DNA of 64,000 nucleotides from Octopus bimaculoides (taxonomy: Eukaryota). The DNA is taken from positions 8,642,492 through 8,706,491 of the forward strand of contig NC_068989.1 of NCBI RefSeq assembly GCF_001194135.2, written 5' to 3'. Under the pieces are notes generated by a model. It saw only the letters and a program-made list of their open reading frames with translations. It made no database searches and had not been told where the DNA came from. A program made the position numbers and the translations under genes. Shown piece by piece: positions 39,963-53,443 of the stretch. The first letter of the stretch is position 1. Each line of letters begins with the position of its first letter.

Positions 39963-41681
39963 AGAAATCGTTTTTTGTAAATCCTATTGTTCAGTTTCTA
40001 AACTCACATTCGATAAATGCAAACCAGTTCTGGAGATGTATGTATATATCGGTGTATCGTAATGTCAGAAGTGTGAAATATGTAAAAATGTATTTTGCGT
40101 AGCGTAAACACTATTTGATACAAAGCTCAAAACTTTCATTATAATTTAAATAAGTATGCTAATAAGTAGCAAACATCTTGCAGTTTTCCTCATTGAACCT
40201 TAACATGAGTTCTCATGTACTATATATTCGAATGATTTTAGTCCTGTCTCTATGCATACACACATTCCAATAATATATCTATATTCCTTACGTTTTAACC
40301 CTATAGTTTTTAAACTAGCTTTTTCTTGCCCAAATATTCTACCTGCATAATGTTCATGGAGAGTACATTTATGATTAGTTTATATAAGACTTCTACTCCC
40401 AAAATGTTATTACTTTCACTTTAGGGTACACGTATAACGCATACATTTTCTTTTCGCTTTTCGTTAGCTGTACGCCTGTGTGGTACCACACCGCGTTCAA
40501 AGGCTGTTGCAGCACAACTTACTTTTATCACTACGATTAACCCAGATCTTACAAGCTGCACTGTTGCTGTGGAGGTACTCAGTGACGGTTAAGATCTTCC
40601 TCTGCACTTCGACTCTTGGTGGTTTGTTGAAGTTGTCGGTGTTATAGGAATCGACATTGGAACACTATTTGAGTCGTTGTTGATTCTCTACCTGGTAGCT
40701 TTAAGTAGAGGCAGGCAATATCACTATTGATGTAGAAATATCTATTAGCGTTGGGTAGTTAATGGTTTTCATATCTAATATAACTAATGTTGTCGTTTGG
40801 CTTCCAAACAAATCTGCTAAATGTTTTTAAGACCACTGGCACACAAAAACATTGTGGGCCACTGATTCAATGCTAGCATATGTACCATATGTGTGTGCTA
40901 CTTCTTATGTTTTTCATTGTCATAAAGTATATTCTCGTCTGTACCTTGTACTTGTAACATATTAGAGGTGATGCTAGACTCATTTGTATTACCTGCATGA
41001 ACAGGTCGTTCTCTGATTTTTACAGACTTCGTTCATCTGTTTTTAGAAGCTGATTGGTTTTGACCGAATTTCATGTCAATTATACTGCTTTCAGACGCAT
41101 TTTTCTGATGTTCTGATGACAGTCATCTTTCTTGGATAACCTATTAACACATCTTTGAAGGTGATTGATTAGATTCAACTGTTTGTTTTTATTATCTTAC
41201 ACCATTTTCAGTTTCTATTTATCAAACTTATTTGGCGAGAAATGTAGCGATTTATTTGTTTAAAATTGACAAGTGCTGGCATCTAACCTATGGTTTTCCG
41301 CATATCAATATCGTTAATTTTCATTTTTTTTTCTGTGTTTTACAAATCTATGATGGTATTTTTTATTGTTTTCCTTTTAATTGCTTTTCTTCAGAAGAAA
41401 AGGAATATAAATAAGCTTTATTTGACAAAATAATAACTTATTAGCTTGTTGTAAGTATTTGCCTCCGATCCTGTTGTGAGATATTTTAATTGTGTTATTC
41501 TCTTTCGTCGATCATGACAAACGGACTGTCGTATTGCTGTATTTAGCTATGGACATTTAAGGTCTCTGTTCAAAGCCTGCTGAGTTCGACTTGGGCAGTC
41601 GTCCTTTCAAGTGTACCATTCATATACTGCAGTTGTTTTAATACTCTATAAACTATCATATTTGTGAAGAGATGTATAATG

Positions 41682-41770
41682 GAAGAAGAAGAAGAAGAAG
41701 AAGAAGAAGAAGAAGAAGAAGAAGAAGAAGAAGAAGAAGAAGAAGAAGAAGAAGAAGAAGAAGAAGAAGA
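41682..41770. repeat. (GAA)n microsatellite
   Basis: Read directly from the sequence. Confidence 0.95.
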
Positions 41771-42105
41771 TATAATTATGCTGTCAGTCAGAAGAAAATT
41801 TAACGTTTTAGACAAGTATTTCAGTGGAAAGACTGATGTTACAAAACTATGGTGAATGGAATTGAAATTAGAAGGGCGGAAATGTATCGAACTGTGTTCT
41901 GTTGTGAAAAGACCGAGATCAGAGTTAGACAAGCGAGAAGAATAGTGATGTAAATATACGTGAGATGGCAAAATGATCACAACAAAATTAGTCATATATT
42001 TAACAGGACACAGATTATGAACAGGGTATAGGACACTCTTCGGAATGAGCAAGCAAAATGGTCACTTAATTGCCGTTTCTTTCCTAGGCTCATGGCGACT
42101 CTTAT

Positions 42106-42232
42106 ATATAGCAAAAATTAAAGTGGATGACAGATTTTCATAGGTCAAGTTCCTGTATCATGAGAAAACAAAATACATGATAAAGGAACTTGACCTATGA
42201 AAATTTGTCATCCGCTTTGATTTTTGTTATAT
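42106..42232. repeat. Long hairpin: 57-bp arms, 13-nt loop
   Basis: 42106-42162 versus 42176-42232 has 5 mismatches and no gaps. Confidence 0.92.
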
Positions 42233-42540
42233 TTTGCTCATATTGAGCACTAATTGGGTGCGCTAAGATTTTCCTTTTTTCTTATTATACAAGGGGTGTA
42301 TGAAAAGGTTTGAGCCTTCAAGGTCTTTGAGCTGTCAAGGTCTTTGAGCCTTGAAGTCTTGTACCTTCATCAGAAGTCTTGTGCCATGTTTTGTTTTGTT
42401 TTGTTTGTTTTTTTTTTGTTTTTTTAAGGCTCAAGAATTTTCATACAACCCACGTGTCGCCCTCCCATGCTCACAACACGTTGCGTTATATCATTCACCT
42501 AAATCATCTCTTTCATCAATTTCTTGCTAAGTTTCGCCAT

Positions 42541-42735
42541 GATATATCGCTGACCACTACACAAATATTTTTCTCTCCGTGTTTCTCTCCTTGTTTCTTT
42601 CTGTGTTCCTTTCTGTAGAAGAGCGTAGGCTCGAAACGTTAAAGACTTTCTCAATTCCCGAACGTTATACTAATACATCTATTTGTTTTCAACACCACCT
42701 GTCTTCCTCTGTTGTTTTTTTGTGAATTCTCCCTA
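42541..42735 (+). mobile_element. Dispersed repeat copy (homologous to 59596-59780 and 15578-15700)
   Basis: Shared CCTTGTTTCTTT(T)CTGTGTTCCTTTCTGT(A/G)GAAGAGCGTAGGCTCGAAA...GTGAATTCTCCCTA. Confidence 0.8.
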
Positions 42736-42799
42736 TATGTATGTATGTATATATGTATGTGTGAGAAAGAGAGACAGAGAGAGAGAATATGTGCGTGAG

Positions 42800-43005
42800 T
42801 GTCTTTGTGTTTGTGTCTGTCTCCTCCACCGCTTGACAACCGGTGTTGGTTCCTTTAGGTCCCCGAAAGGGAGTGATTCAGCCAAAGAGAACGATGGAGT
42901 AAATACCATGCATTAAAAAATAAGAAGTGAGATCGAGCTGTGCGATTAAACGCTTCGAATCAGTGCACCAGCATGGCCACAGACCAATGACTGAAACAAG
43001 GAAGA
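42800..43005 (+). mobile_element. SINE 3' half (decayed)
   Basis: CCACCGCTTGACAACCGGTGTTGG...CAGCATGGCCACAGACCAATGACTGAAACAAG. Confidence 0.6.
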
Positions 43006-43953
43006 TATATGTAAATGGAAGTGTGTGTATACATACATATCTTCCTTCATATTTCTATGACGTTTTGTCTAGTGTTGTGTTATTATATATGTTGCTGATT
43101 CCAATCTAGTTTTGCTTCAACTCCCTCTTTCATATTTATAAGGTATTCATTTTTGTTGTGATTCGTTATAGTGTTGTCGTTAGTTTTGCTCCCGTCGTTT
43201 TTAATGATGTCTCTATTTTGTATTACTTCTTTTGCATTTTGGTTTTATCTTGTCTGCTCTACGGTAATTGTTTATTCCAAATAATTCACATTACAATATT
43301 TATGATACTTAATTGCTTACATTTGTTTATACACTCACATACATACATAATTACACACCTATGCACATACTTATACATATATATATATATATATATANNN
43401 NNNNNNNNNNNNNNNNNNNNNNNNNNNNNNNNNNNNNNNNNNNNNNNNNNNNNNNNNNNNNNNNNNNNNNNNNNNNNNNNNNNNNNNNNNNNNNNNNNNN
43501 NNNNNNNNNNNNNNNNNNNNNNNNNNNNNNNNNNNNNNNNNNNNNNNNNNNNNNNNNNNNNNNNNNNNNNNNNNNNNNNNNNNNNNNNNNNNNNNNNNNN
43601 NNNNNNNNNNNNNNNNNNNNNNNNNNNNNNNNNNNNNNNNNNNNNNNNNNNNNNNNNNNNNNNNNNNNNNNNNNNNNNNNNNNNNNNNNNNNNNNNNNNN
43701 NNNNNNNNNNNNNNNNNNNNNNNNNNNNNNNNNNNNNNNNNNNNNNNNNNNNNNNNNNNNNNNNNNNNNNNNNNNNNNNNNNNNNNNNNNNNNNNNNNNN
43801 NNNNNNNNNNNNNNNNNNNNNNNNNNNNNNNNNNNNNNNNNNNNNNNNNNNNNNNNNNNNNNNNNNNNNNNNNNNNNNNNNNNNNNNNNNNNNNNNNNNN
43901 NNNNNNNNNNNNNNNNNNNNNNNNNNNNNNNNNNNNNNNNNNNNNNNNNNNNN

Positions 43954-44026
<73 letters not shown>

Positions 44027-44055
44027 GTGAACGCGCGTATGTGCATATGTATGTT

Positions 44056-44104
<49 letters not shown>

Positions 44105-45387
44105 GCGGAAGTGGAGGAAAGGTGGTGAGGGAAGGAGGGAGACAGACTGAGAGATTCAGTAGTTATTTTATTATTAATAGACACGTAATAAATATTCCAA
44201 CATACATTTTGATTTGAACAATATTTATCGTCTTTGATGAATGGTCTCACATTGTCTTGTATTCTTCATCACAAAATAATAACTCTAGCAGTATGAAGGT
44301 TGAAATCCACATTACAATGATTGCTGAATAAGATTGTTTTCTGCTATTTGACCAGCACTGTTATGTAGCGGTGTCGTCTGTTCTTCCTGTAAGAGAGTTT
44401 GCTTCAATTAAGATAGTTTTAGCATTAATGTAAGAAAGTTATTTATGCTACAGTGCAGCTTCTCTTTAATCTGATTTGAAAATGTTTCGATGCATTTTTT
44501 TTTTGTATTTTTTTTTCTTTGGTAGAGTACTTAATGAATTTATTACTAGTCTCTGCCACAGTTTGAACACAGACTGTTGTCTTTCCCAGATAGACAATAA
44601 TATTAATTTGACAACGTCCGGAGGGCTGGCGTTGGGAAAGAGTGTGATTAGCCACTTTAATCTTCTCATCGGCGAGGAAAGAGAGGAACGCCGTTCCCTT
44701 CGTTATGTTCCAGAGAAACTTATATACAAGAATAAGAGACGTGTGTAGTTGACTGTTTTGTTACTAAAGTTTCACAAGGAAAGCGACCGTTCCAAACGAA
44801 AGAAACAAAGTGACGTTGAAGAGCAAGATTTCTGATGAAACTAGAATTATACGCTTTCAGAAAGAAACAAAACTATATCTACGAGAGAGGTCGCTGTGGT
44901 AGAATTGCAGATAGTTGCCACAGTTTTAAGAACGGTTTATTTTGGAGTATATCAAGGTTAATGTTTGTGCAAACAGATTTTATTCTTTGTTCATTAATGC
45001 CTTAATCAGTTAAGGAAAGTTAAGAACAAAGACTATATTTTGTCAGTCGGTGAGGAGTGAAATGCAAAGCTACTCCTCACAGTATTTGAATCCCTTACCT
45101 AATTACTCAACACAAATACAAAGAATTTTTTAGAGGCTCCAAGACTAATGGTAGAAAGAGAGAAATTTATCCACAAGCTACAGAAAGTTCGTAAATATCT
45201 TAAATACAAGGACTTCTGCTAAAGGGCACGCACATGCCAAATACTGGCGTAAACAGATTTGTTTTGTTGCATAAAACAATTCAAGTAGGTAATATGGCTG
45301 TTGGAAGTCGATGAAACAGTCTCTTCTTTTGGATAGCACTTAAGTACGAGGCAGAAGAATTATTCTGCTTTCCCGTTATACATACAT

Positions 45388-45436
45388 ATATGGGAACCAT
45401 GTGTTTATGAAACAAGCTTCTTACCACACAGCCACT
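45388..45436 (-). mobile_element. SINE head fragment
   Basis: Minus strand GTGGCTGTGTGGTAAGAAGCTTG...CACATGGTTCCC matches the 31431-31574 family. Confidence 0.6.
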
Positions 45437-45701
45437 TCTGAAAATATTTTTTAACCACATGTACAACAGTTATGCGTTTTAATGTTAGTTGTATTCATTT
45501 AGAAATTTGAATTATGGTTTATGATATCTTTGGATAGAGATTGATATTGCTCTGTCTTTATTTAGTAATTTTCTAGATTCATTAAAAAATTTGAGAAACA
45601 AATGCGCTTATCCCAAAACCACACAACAATTCTCGAGATCAGAGAAATCGTTATAACGACATTACAGACATTAAGTAAGTTTTAGCTGATGAAATAAATA
45701 A

Positions 45702-45734
<33 letters not shown>

Positions 45735-46081
45735 NNNNNNNNNNNNNNNNNNNNNNNNNNNNNNNNNNNNNNNNNNNNNNNNNNNNNNNNNNNNNNNNNN
45801 NNNNNNNNNNNNNNNNNNNNNNNNNNNNNNNNNNNNNNNNNNNNNNNNNNNNNNNNNNNNNNNNNNNNNNNNNNNNNNNNNNNNNNNNNNNNNNNNNNNN
45901 NNNNNNNNNNNNNNNNNNNNNNNNNNNNNNNNNNNNNNNNNNNNNNNNNNNNNNNNNNNNNNNNNNNNNNNNNNNNNNNNNNNNNNNNNNNNNNNNNNNN
46001 NNNNNNNNNNNNNNNNNNNNNNNNNNNNNNNNNNNNNNNNNNNNNNNNNNNNNNNNNNNNNNNNNNNNNNNNNNNNNNNNN

Positions 46082-46130
<49 letters not shown>

Positions 46131-46158
46131 TGTGTTTGTGTGTGTGTATGTGTGTATG

Positions 46159-46197
<39 letters not shown>

Positions 46198-47091
46198 TTT
46201 TCTGTGTGTGATGGCAGTTATTCATGAATTGTTGATGCTGGAACTCTAAATTTCTTTGTCTATTGACTGAATAAGATTTTGCACTTATCGTTGTATATAA
46301 ATCTATTGCTTCTTATCACAAATTGTGTTTTATCTCTTCCTTCTTTGTCAAATGCCGTAGTTACCTTAACTTATAGGTGTATGTAATCGTTACGCTTTCT
46401 TACCAAATCAAGAAAATGCAAATATCATTCCATTAAAAGTATTTCTTTCTTGAAAATATACACAATGTAATTTATATTCTGTTTGAGAATAACAATCCTC
46501 GTTTATCTAATCTAAAATCCTTCACGGCTTCGTTCCCATGTAAACTAACTAATGTACTTTTTGTCCCCACCAATTACAAACTTTTATTTCATACCAACTA
46601 CGTCGACAACAACCATAACAGCAAGGAGACAGCAATAACAAGTGAAAGATTAATTATGACAGAAAAGCGTACACAGATCAGCAACAACAACCTGTGCTAT
46701 GTCTTCGGCGATTATAAGCGGTTTATGCGACATTTACTAAACAATGTTTTTCACGTAGTTCTATTGAATTTCTCAATTATCGCAATCACTAAAGAATCCA
46801 TAATTTAACTCGGATATAATACAGTGTTCCAGCCGTTCATTGTCTTAGAATAATAATCTATAATAAATATCGCAACAAGCATTGGCAACAATAAAACTTA
46901 CCTCGTGAAATCCTTCTACTGCAACTACGAATATATAATAATGCATTTATATATTCGCATGAGTGTGTGTGCGTATATACTATACATATATGTATAACGC
47001 ATATACATCATCATTTAAACATTATGTATATGCATTCATACATATAATATACATACACACACACACACATATATATATATGTGTGTGTATC

Positions 47092-47126
<35 letters not shown>

Positions 47127-47129
47127 CTA

Positions 47130-47256
<127 letters not shown>

Positions 47257-48761
47257 CTCTGTCATAAATCCTGAAAATACCGTTTTGCAAATGCGACCGC
47301 TTTATTCAATATCCTGTTAGGGGAAGTGATTGGATTGTATATCCGATACGTATATGAAATTCAACGGGTGCTTAGTGCTTGGTAATTTATATAAATATTG
47401 ATGGTCGTGAATAAACACCTTCACAAACTGCTACCGTTTTGTTGGGGTATCACTGAGAATTAACATCTACCTGAAGTGCTTCTAATGTAAGTCCTTCTCA
47501 TATTTAATTTCCTACATGTAAACTACCTACACCTGTCTCTCATTCTCTCCACACCCTTCTGTTTTTCCCTCTCCATCTCTCTCTCTCTCTCTGTCTTTCT
47601 ATCTTTCGCTCCACCTCTCCCTATCCACCTCACTCTCTCCATTTCTCTCTTTTTCTCTCCCTCTTTCTCTCTCCCTCAGACGAATAACAAAGTTTGTGTT
47701 GTTATATTCTTCACTCATCATAAATATTCAGATTATGAAGCTTTTACAAAAACTTTTATAGACTTATTTACATTTACCAGTTTATTGCGACTGCATGTGT
47801 TACCCTATCTGAGTTCGTTGTAGTTAATTCGGTAGTTATTGTACGATGATTTCAATTCAGAGCTTCGGTCGATGATCGAACTATTTACAGCAAAGTAATA
47901 AGAGCCAATGTTAATCCGATATCTAAATTCAATTTCAGAGTGTAATATTTATGACGATAAACGTAAATCGTTTTATAAAAGAATTATAGCGTTTTAAGTA
48001 TGGTAATTGTACTAAGAGATGAAAAAGGCTTAAAGTTGCTAGATGGTATGATATTATGGTAAATATTATATGGTTAAAACGGTACGGATTTGAAATATCT
48101 TCTCTCTGGTGTAACAAGAGATTATGGATGTGAACACAGTGATTGTGGTCTGAATTATAAGAAAACTCTGAATGATTGATGAAAGAAATATCTTCTCGTG
48201 TCTTCAGGTAAATTGCCGATAACAATATTTATATGTTGCGATGTGAATAATAACTACTTTGGATGATATCAATCATATGTTGTGATAGTATAATCAACTT
48301 CTGATGATACATAGGGACATTTTCAATATCTGACTGAATTTGATGTAGGCTTTTCAACACAAGGATCCTGAGCAGTTGTTAAAGCGTGCGTCTCTGATGA
48401 AGCCATTGATCTTGGTTAATATTTCGTAAGGAAAAGAAGAAAACCAAACTGATTAGAAAATAAACAGTGGATTAATGCTTTACAGTAGAGAAAACAAATT
48501 CTCAAGAACGACGGTAAATGCTGTGGATGTTAAAAAGAAAAACGTGTAATTACCACGTAAACTTACAAGGAACACGTATATCAAAATATATTCATATTTT
48601 CTGAATTCTAAAATACACCTTACCGTTCGTTTGCTAAATCTGTGCATTCAACAGTATTATATATCTCAGACGATATTTTTTCTCTCCTTACACTAGGCTA
48701 CCAGTAACAGATTACACTACAACATTCTTTGAGTCCTTCAGACTACAGCTGCATCAACAGG

Positions 48762-48819
48762 ATGACGCAGATTTATATGTGGATTTTACCATTATTTACT
48801 TATCTCATCTTACCCAAAG
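48762..48819 (+). CDS. Candidate first coding exon encoding a signal-peptide-like MTQIYMWILPLFTYLILPK (exon 48697-48819); unverified
   Basis: Acceptor TTTTTTCTCTCCTTACACTAG|, ATG with A at -3, 19 mostly hydrophobic codons, and a consensus donor AAG|GTAAGT in phase 1. No homology recognised; AT-rich DNA often translates as hydrophobic by chance. Confidence 0.3.
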
Positions 48820-48984
48820 GTAAGTTCCTCGCAAAATATATTCACTTATTTAATCTATTTATTTTCTAAAGTCGACTTTTGTTTTCTGGTAATATAATGG
48901 ATGACTCATTTGCGTGGTTTAAGACATTTCATTGTTCTCTTTACCAATAATTTTAATGCTTTTTCCTCACCCTTAATTTTTTTT

Positions 48985-49280
48985 CGACACCAATAATGTT
49001 CTGAAAAATCCTTAAGTGGAACTTAGAGATGTTCAATAATTCTTCGTAGTTTTCAATAGATTTCTGTGTCCATGAATCAGTTATGGTATATGCTTTAGCT
49101 ACCTCAGTTTCCGACTACAGTCTCAAATCTTTCCATCGAAAATTATTATAAAACTGTCTTGTTGTTGGGGAGAAAGAGATACTTTTAAGTTTGCACTGTA
49201 AACGAAATATTGAATTCCGCAATAACAAATCTTAACAATCATATAACAAATAAATTCTCATCGTTTTACCGTCCCAACAA
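48985..49280 (-). pseudogene. Possible highly decayed P-element/THAP9-like transposase fragment
   Basis: One frame with two stops: MRIYLLYDC*DLLLRNS...FRWKDLRL*SETEVAKAYTITDSWTQKSIE. Motif order is reminiscent of LFLLFDxxHxxKxxRNN...WxDLxxLYxxE...AYKL...PxSxE, recalled from memory and not aligned. Confidence 0.28.
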
Positions 49281-51445
49281 CTTTGCGATTCATATAAGAA
49301 ACTATCACATTACTTTATTAGCCTGTAGAAAAGAAGGCAATGTATCAGGCACACTGTGCCTGTTTTCTGGAATGTTTTTGCTTGCACAACTTCGAACAAC
49401 TTGGATAGCAAATCTATAGTTTTTTTTTTAATAAAGGGGCTACACTTATCCTATGATATCATTCCAGCGTAAAACAATGGCATTAGATACCAAATTAAAG
49501 ATATAAAAATAGTAGACGGTGGGAGTAAAGAACTGTTGCGGACATTTTAGCATTTTCTTAACTTATTTTTTAAATAAATAATAATGAATATCAGAAAACC
49601 AAAGTCGCCATGTAAAATTCAAATAGACTTTAAGATTTAAACCAACACGTACACACAATAAAATCACAGCGAATAAAGACAAATATTCAGGTTTGGTTAT
49701 ATTATGTTACTACAACATTAGAACTTTTCTAACCCATTATCCTGCAAAAATCTATATCTAATCAAAGAAACAAGATCTTGAGCAAATCTCTTAAGTGTTT
49801 GTTGTTTTCCGTTAATAGTTATTGATTTCAAAGTTATCTCATAGCTGTAGCAGGAGGATAACAGCTAAATCAACAAGCGCTACCATCTAGGCCTCAGTAG
49901 AGTTGTCATCGAAACGTAAGAGACAGAGCCAAGTAATCAGTAATGTTCAACCTGTATAAGTTTTATCTCGAAAGAGGAAAAAGCTTCCAGATTCTAGTTT
50001 TTGAAACAGGAAGAGATTATATCATATTTACCACATTGGTGTTAGGAGTGTTGAATTGAAATCTGAAGTCCTAAGGTCAATGAAATATGTCTCCAAATCT
50101 GGTCTGTTGTTTGGCAATCGAAATAAAACGTTTATAATTCACTGATTGGTTTACTAAATCGGTTGTTGAACATTTTTACCGAACTGTCAAATATTACTGG
50201 AAGAAGAATTGAGTCGAAGAGACATCTATTTTTACTCACTCATCACTAACGGTTGCACTTCAAATCTTCATAATTCTAGATTACATAACTGCTGACGTAG
50301 TTTTCACTTCACCAAACACAATTTCATTACCACGAGCAGATCAGGAGGAGATATTTTTTATACTTAAAGCATATTAAGTTAATTGATTTCAGCGACTGGT
50401 GATAAACCTCAGGCTTTCATAGAATAATATTATGCAAACACTTAAAATAATAAAGATACATTGAAAGAATTAAAACGTACATACCTTATTGGTATTTTAG
50501 AAAAAAATGTCTAAATGTAATTAATGAAAACTATAGCAGCAAGGCTTAAACACTGTGAATCCCCACCGGGTCCTATACGTGAATTTGGACTTCCAGTAAG
50601 CTTTAATGCACTGAAAACTTCTTCTGATGAAATCGGGGTGCGTCTATGTTAGGGAATCTTTTATACCATCAAATACATTGTTTTCTTGCCTTTAATAACG
50701 AAGTTTCTGTTAGAATAGTGAAAAATGAAGTGATGTCAAAATGAAGTATTAATTTCGTTAATCAAAATAATGGTGAAATCTATGATACTCATGAATTGTT
50801 CAAAATATTAGAGAGGAAGATAATTGTAAGAAAATAAATTAAAATGGCTTCCAGGCATAGAGATTTCAGACTCAGCACGTTGTTTGTGTCCATCTACTTT
50901 ATTTCGTTCACCACACATCCGGTGTTCAATAATGAAGAAAAGTTCAATATCAATCTATCCAACTTCCATTCTTCCTTTCATTAGTGTTGTCCCCTTTTGT
51001 TTCCATTTCGTTTCTATTGTCTAAACTTTTTTTCTTTTCAATTTCTTTTTAATTTTCTTTTCTATTTTTACTTCTTTTATATCGATGTACATTCTGATGT
51101 TATTGTTCAATCATACTGTCACGTTTCCGTAAAACGAAGCACAAATATTTGAAAATCTATAAATATATTTTCGTATGCATAAACAACGGATAAGGTGCTA
51201 TTTATCACCGTACGTTATTATTAGTATCATCATCATCATCATCATCATCATCATTAGAGGTGGTACCATAGCCAATGAGGGTTATCAGAGGCACTGTTTT
51301 GACTAGTTGAACACTAAATTGTTGTTGTTGTTATAGTTGTTTCTTTCGTTAAGCTAAGTTGCCGAAATTGGTAGCACACCGGACAAAATGCGTAGGCGCA
51401 CTTCACCTGTCTTCATTTTCTGAGCTAAAATTCCATCGACGCGGG

Positions 51446-51977
51446 CAAAATGACACTGGAGTAAAATATACGCAACCCAGTATGCCCATCATGACTATCC
51501 GTCTGATAAGGATACACCAGGCACATGCATCACGACCATATGTGCGCGACATAGTGATCTCATATCAAGACAAACAGCGCAAGACCTTGCAAGTGGAACC
51601 CTGTTAGAATTTTTTCTAGGTTGAGTAGCCAATCCCGCTCAAAAGGTCCCTAAATAAGGGTTGTTTAAGGATGTTGAACGAAACATCCATGCCCTCAGAG
51701 GTCAAATATTCAAATCCTAAAAGGAATTTCTCTTCAACACATGGCTATGATGCTTCGCCACTACTTCTGCTCGTGATCAGAGATGCACATATTGTCAGCC
51801 ACTAAGGGACATGCTCAACTGGTTATGGTCAAGCAACTGACAAGCCAATTTGTAGCATTGAGCAGAATATTTGCTGTAGCCCATCTTTTATACCAAGACA
51901 AAACAATGTACATAGCACTTCTAATCAGTTAAGATCAAAAGCCACGAGAGCCAGTGCCTGGAACTGCATCAGGGCAT
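51446..51977 (-). mobile_element. Non-coding retroposon-like element of about 530 bp
   Basis: Collinear with 52990-53445 and antisense to 21923-22110; contains TATAAAAGATGGG on the minus strand. Confidence 0.8.
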
Positions 51978-52760
51978 TATTCTGCCAGCTCGCCGTTTCA
52001 TTATTGCTTTAAGTATTAAACATGCAAACACGAAAGAAACCGCAGCAAAATCCATTAAAAAAAACAAGATAACACCGATATCTGAACATCTAAATCCACA
52101 AATATACACTAACTGAACAGGAAACCATGCAAACACAAATACCAAGATTAATAAAAACACCAAAAGAAACAACAGAAGCAAAAACAACTGCAATAACAAC
52201 AACTACAACATATGTAACAACACCAACAGCCAAGTACATAGTAACAAACCCCACCTCAACAACATACACTGTAAAAAATAAGATAAAACTGTTGATGGAG
52301 AAGTACATAACGCGACATAAACAACAATAAAATGTAAATCAAACAAACCAGCAATTAGACTTCTGGTGAAAAGACGAGTCATTCGGCAGCAGAGAATTTT
52401 ATTTATTTATTTACTTATTTATTCGCAAACAGTGACACTATGGAATTTCATAGTCTGACCTTGCAGATGAATAAAATTTGATTATTTAGTAAAGAATTTT
52501 TTTCTTTCTTTATATTACGTGGATAATATGGTTACAAGAAATAGCAGCCACGCCTTTGAAAGAAAAAAAATATGAAAATGAATACTGCCATACAAGCCAA
52601 AATAGAAAAAAAGTGAATAAGAATTTATTTACAGCAAGACAGGCGTTTTAAAAGTAAAGAGAGAATGAAGAAAAAATTTTCACATTTCTATAAACAATGC
52701 CAAAGGCACGAACAAAACTATCGATTTTTCAGCTACAACCATAATCACAACATTCACACA

Positions 52761-52792
<32 letters not shown>

Positions 52793-52989
52793 TACATACA
52801 TACATACATACATACATATGCGCACACATGAAGAGGAAGAAACAAAAAACACACGCATACACATGCTAAGCGAAAAGATTAACACAACGATTTTAGGAGT
52901 GGCACTTCCACCCGTGTACCCAACACCACAGAAGCGCCAGATATGGCAAAACTCAACCAAAAGGTGGTATCCAAGTAAAACTATACGAG

Positions 52990-53443
52990 GTGAGACAAAT
53001 ATACGAAACCCTGTATAACCATCATGACTACCTCTCCGATAAGGATACACCAGGCACAGGCATCACAACCATATGTGCACGACACGGTGATCTCATATGA
53101 AAATGAACAACGCATGATCTCGTAGGTGGGGGCCCTGTTAGAATTTTCTTCACGTCGAGTGGCCCATCCCGCTCAAAAGGTCCCTGAATATAGTTTGTTT
53201 AGGGATGATGAACGAAACACCTATCCTTCCAGAAACGAGTATTCAAACACCAAAGAATTCCTCTCAGCACATGGCTATGATGCTCCCCCACTACTTCTGC
53301 TCGTGATCAGAGATGCACATATCGGCAGCCACTAAAGGACATGCTCAGCTGGTTAAAGTCAAGCAACTGACAAGCAAATCTGTGGAATATCTTTTTGTAA
53401 CCCATCTTTTATACCAAGACAGTGCCTGGTACTGCATCAGGAC

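Noticed and set aside
41664-41855. Poly-Glu ORF, and the poly-K/R/S ORFs at 22750-23195 and 62167-63447
   Set aside because: Trinucleotide microsatellites and a minisatellite.
50540-50685. Pogo/Tigger-like MITE end (GGGGTGCGTCT...ATACCATCAAATAC)
   Set aside because: Only one degenerate terminus; no matching left TIR or TSD was found.
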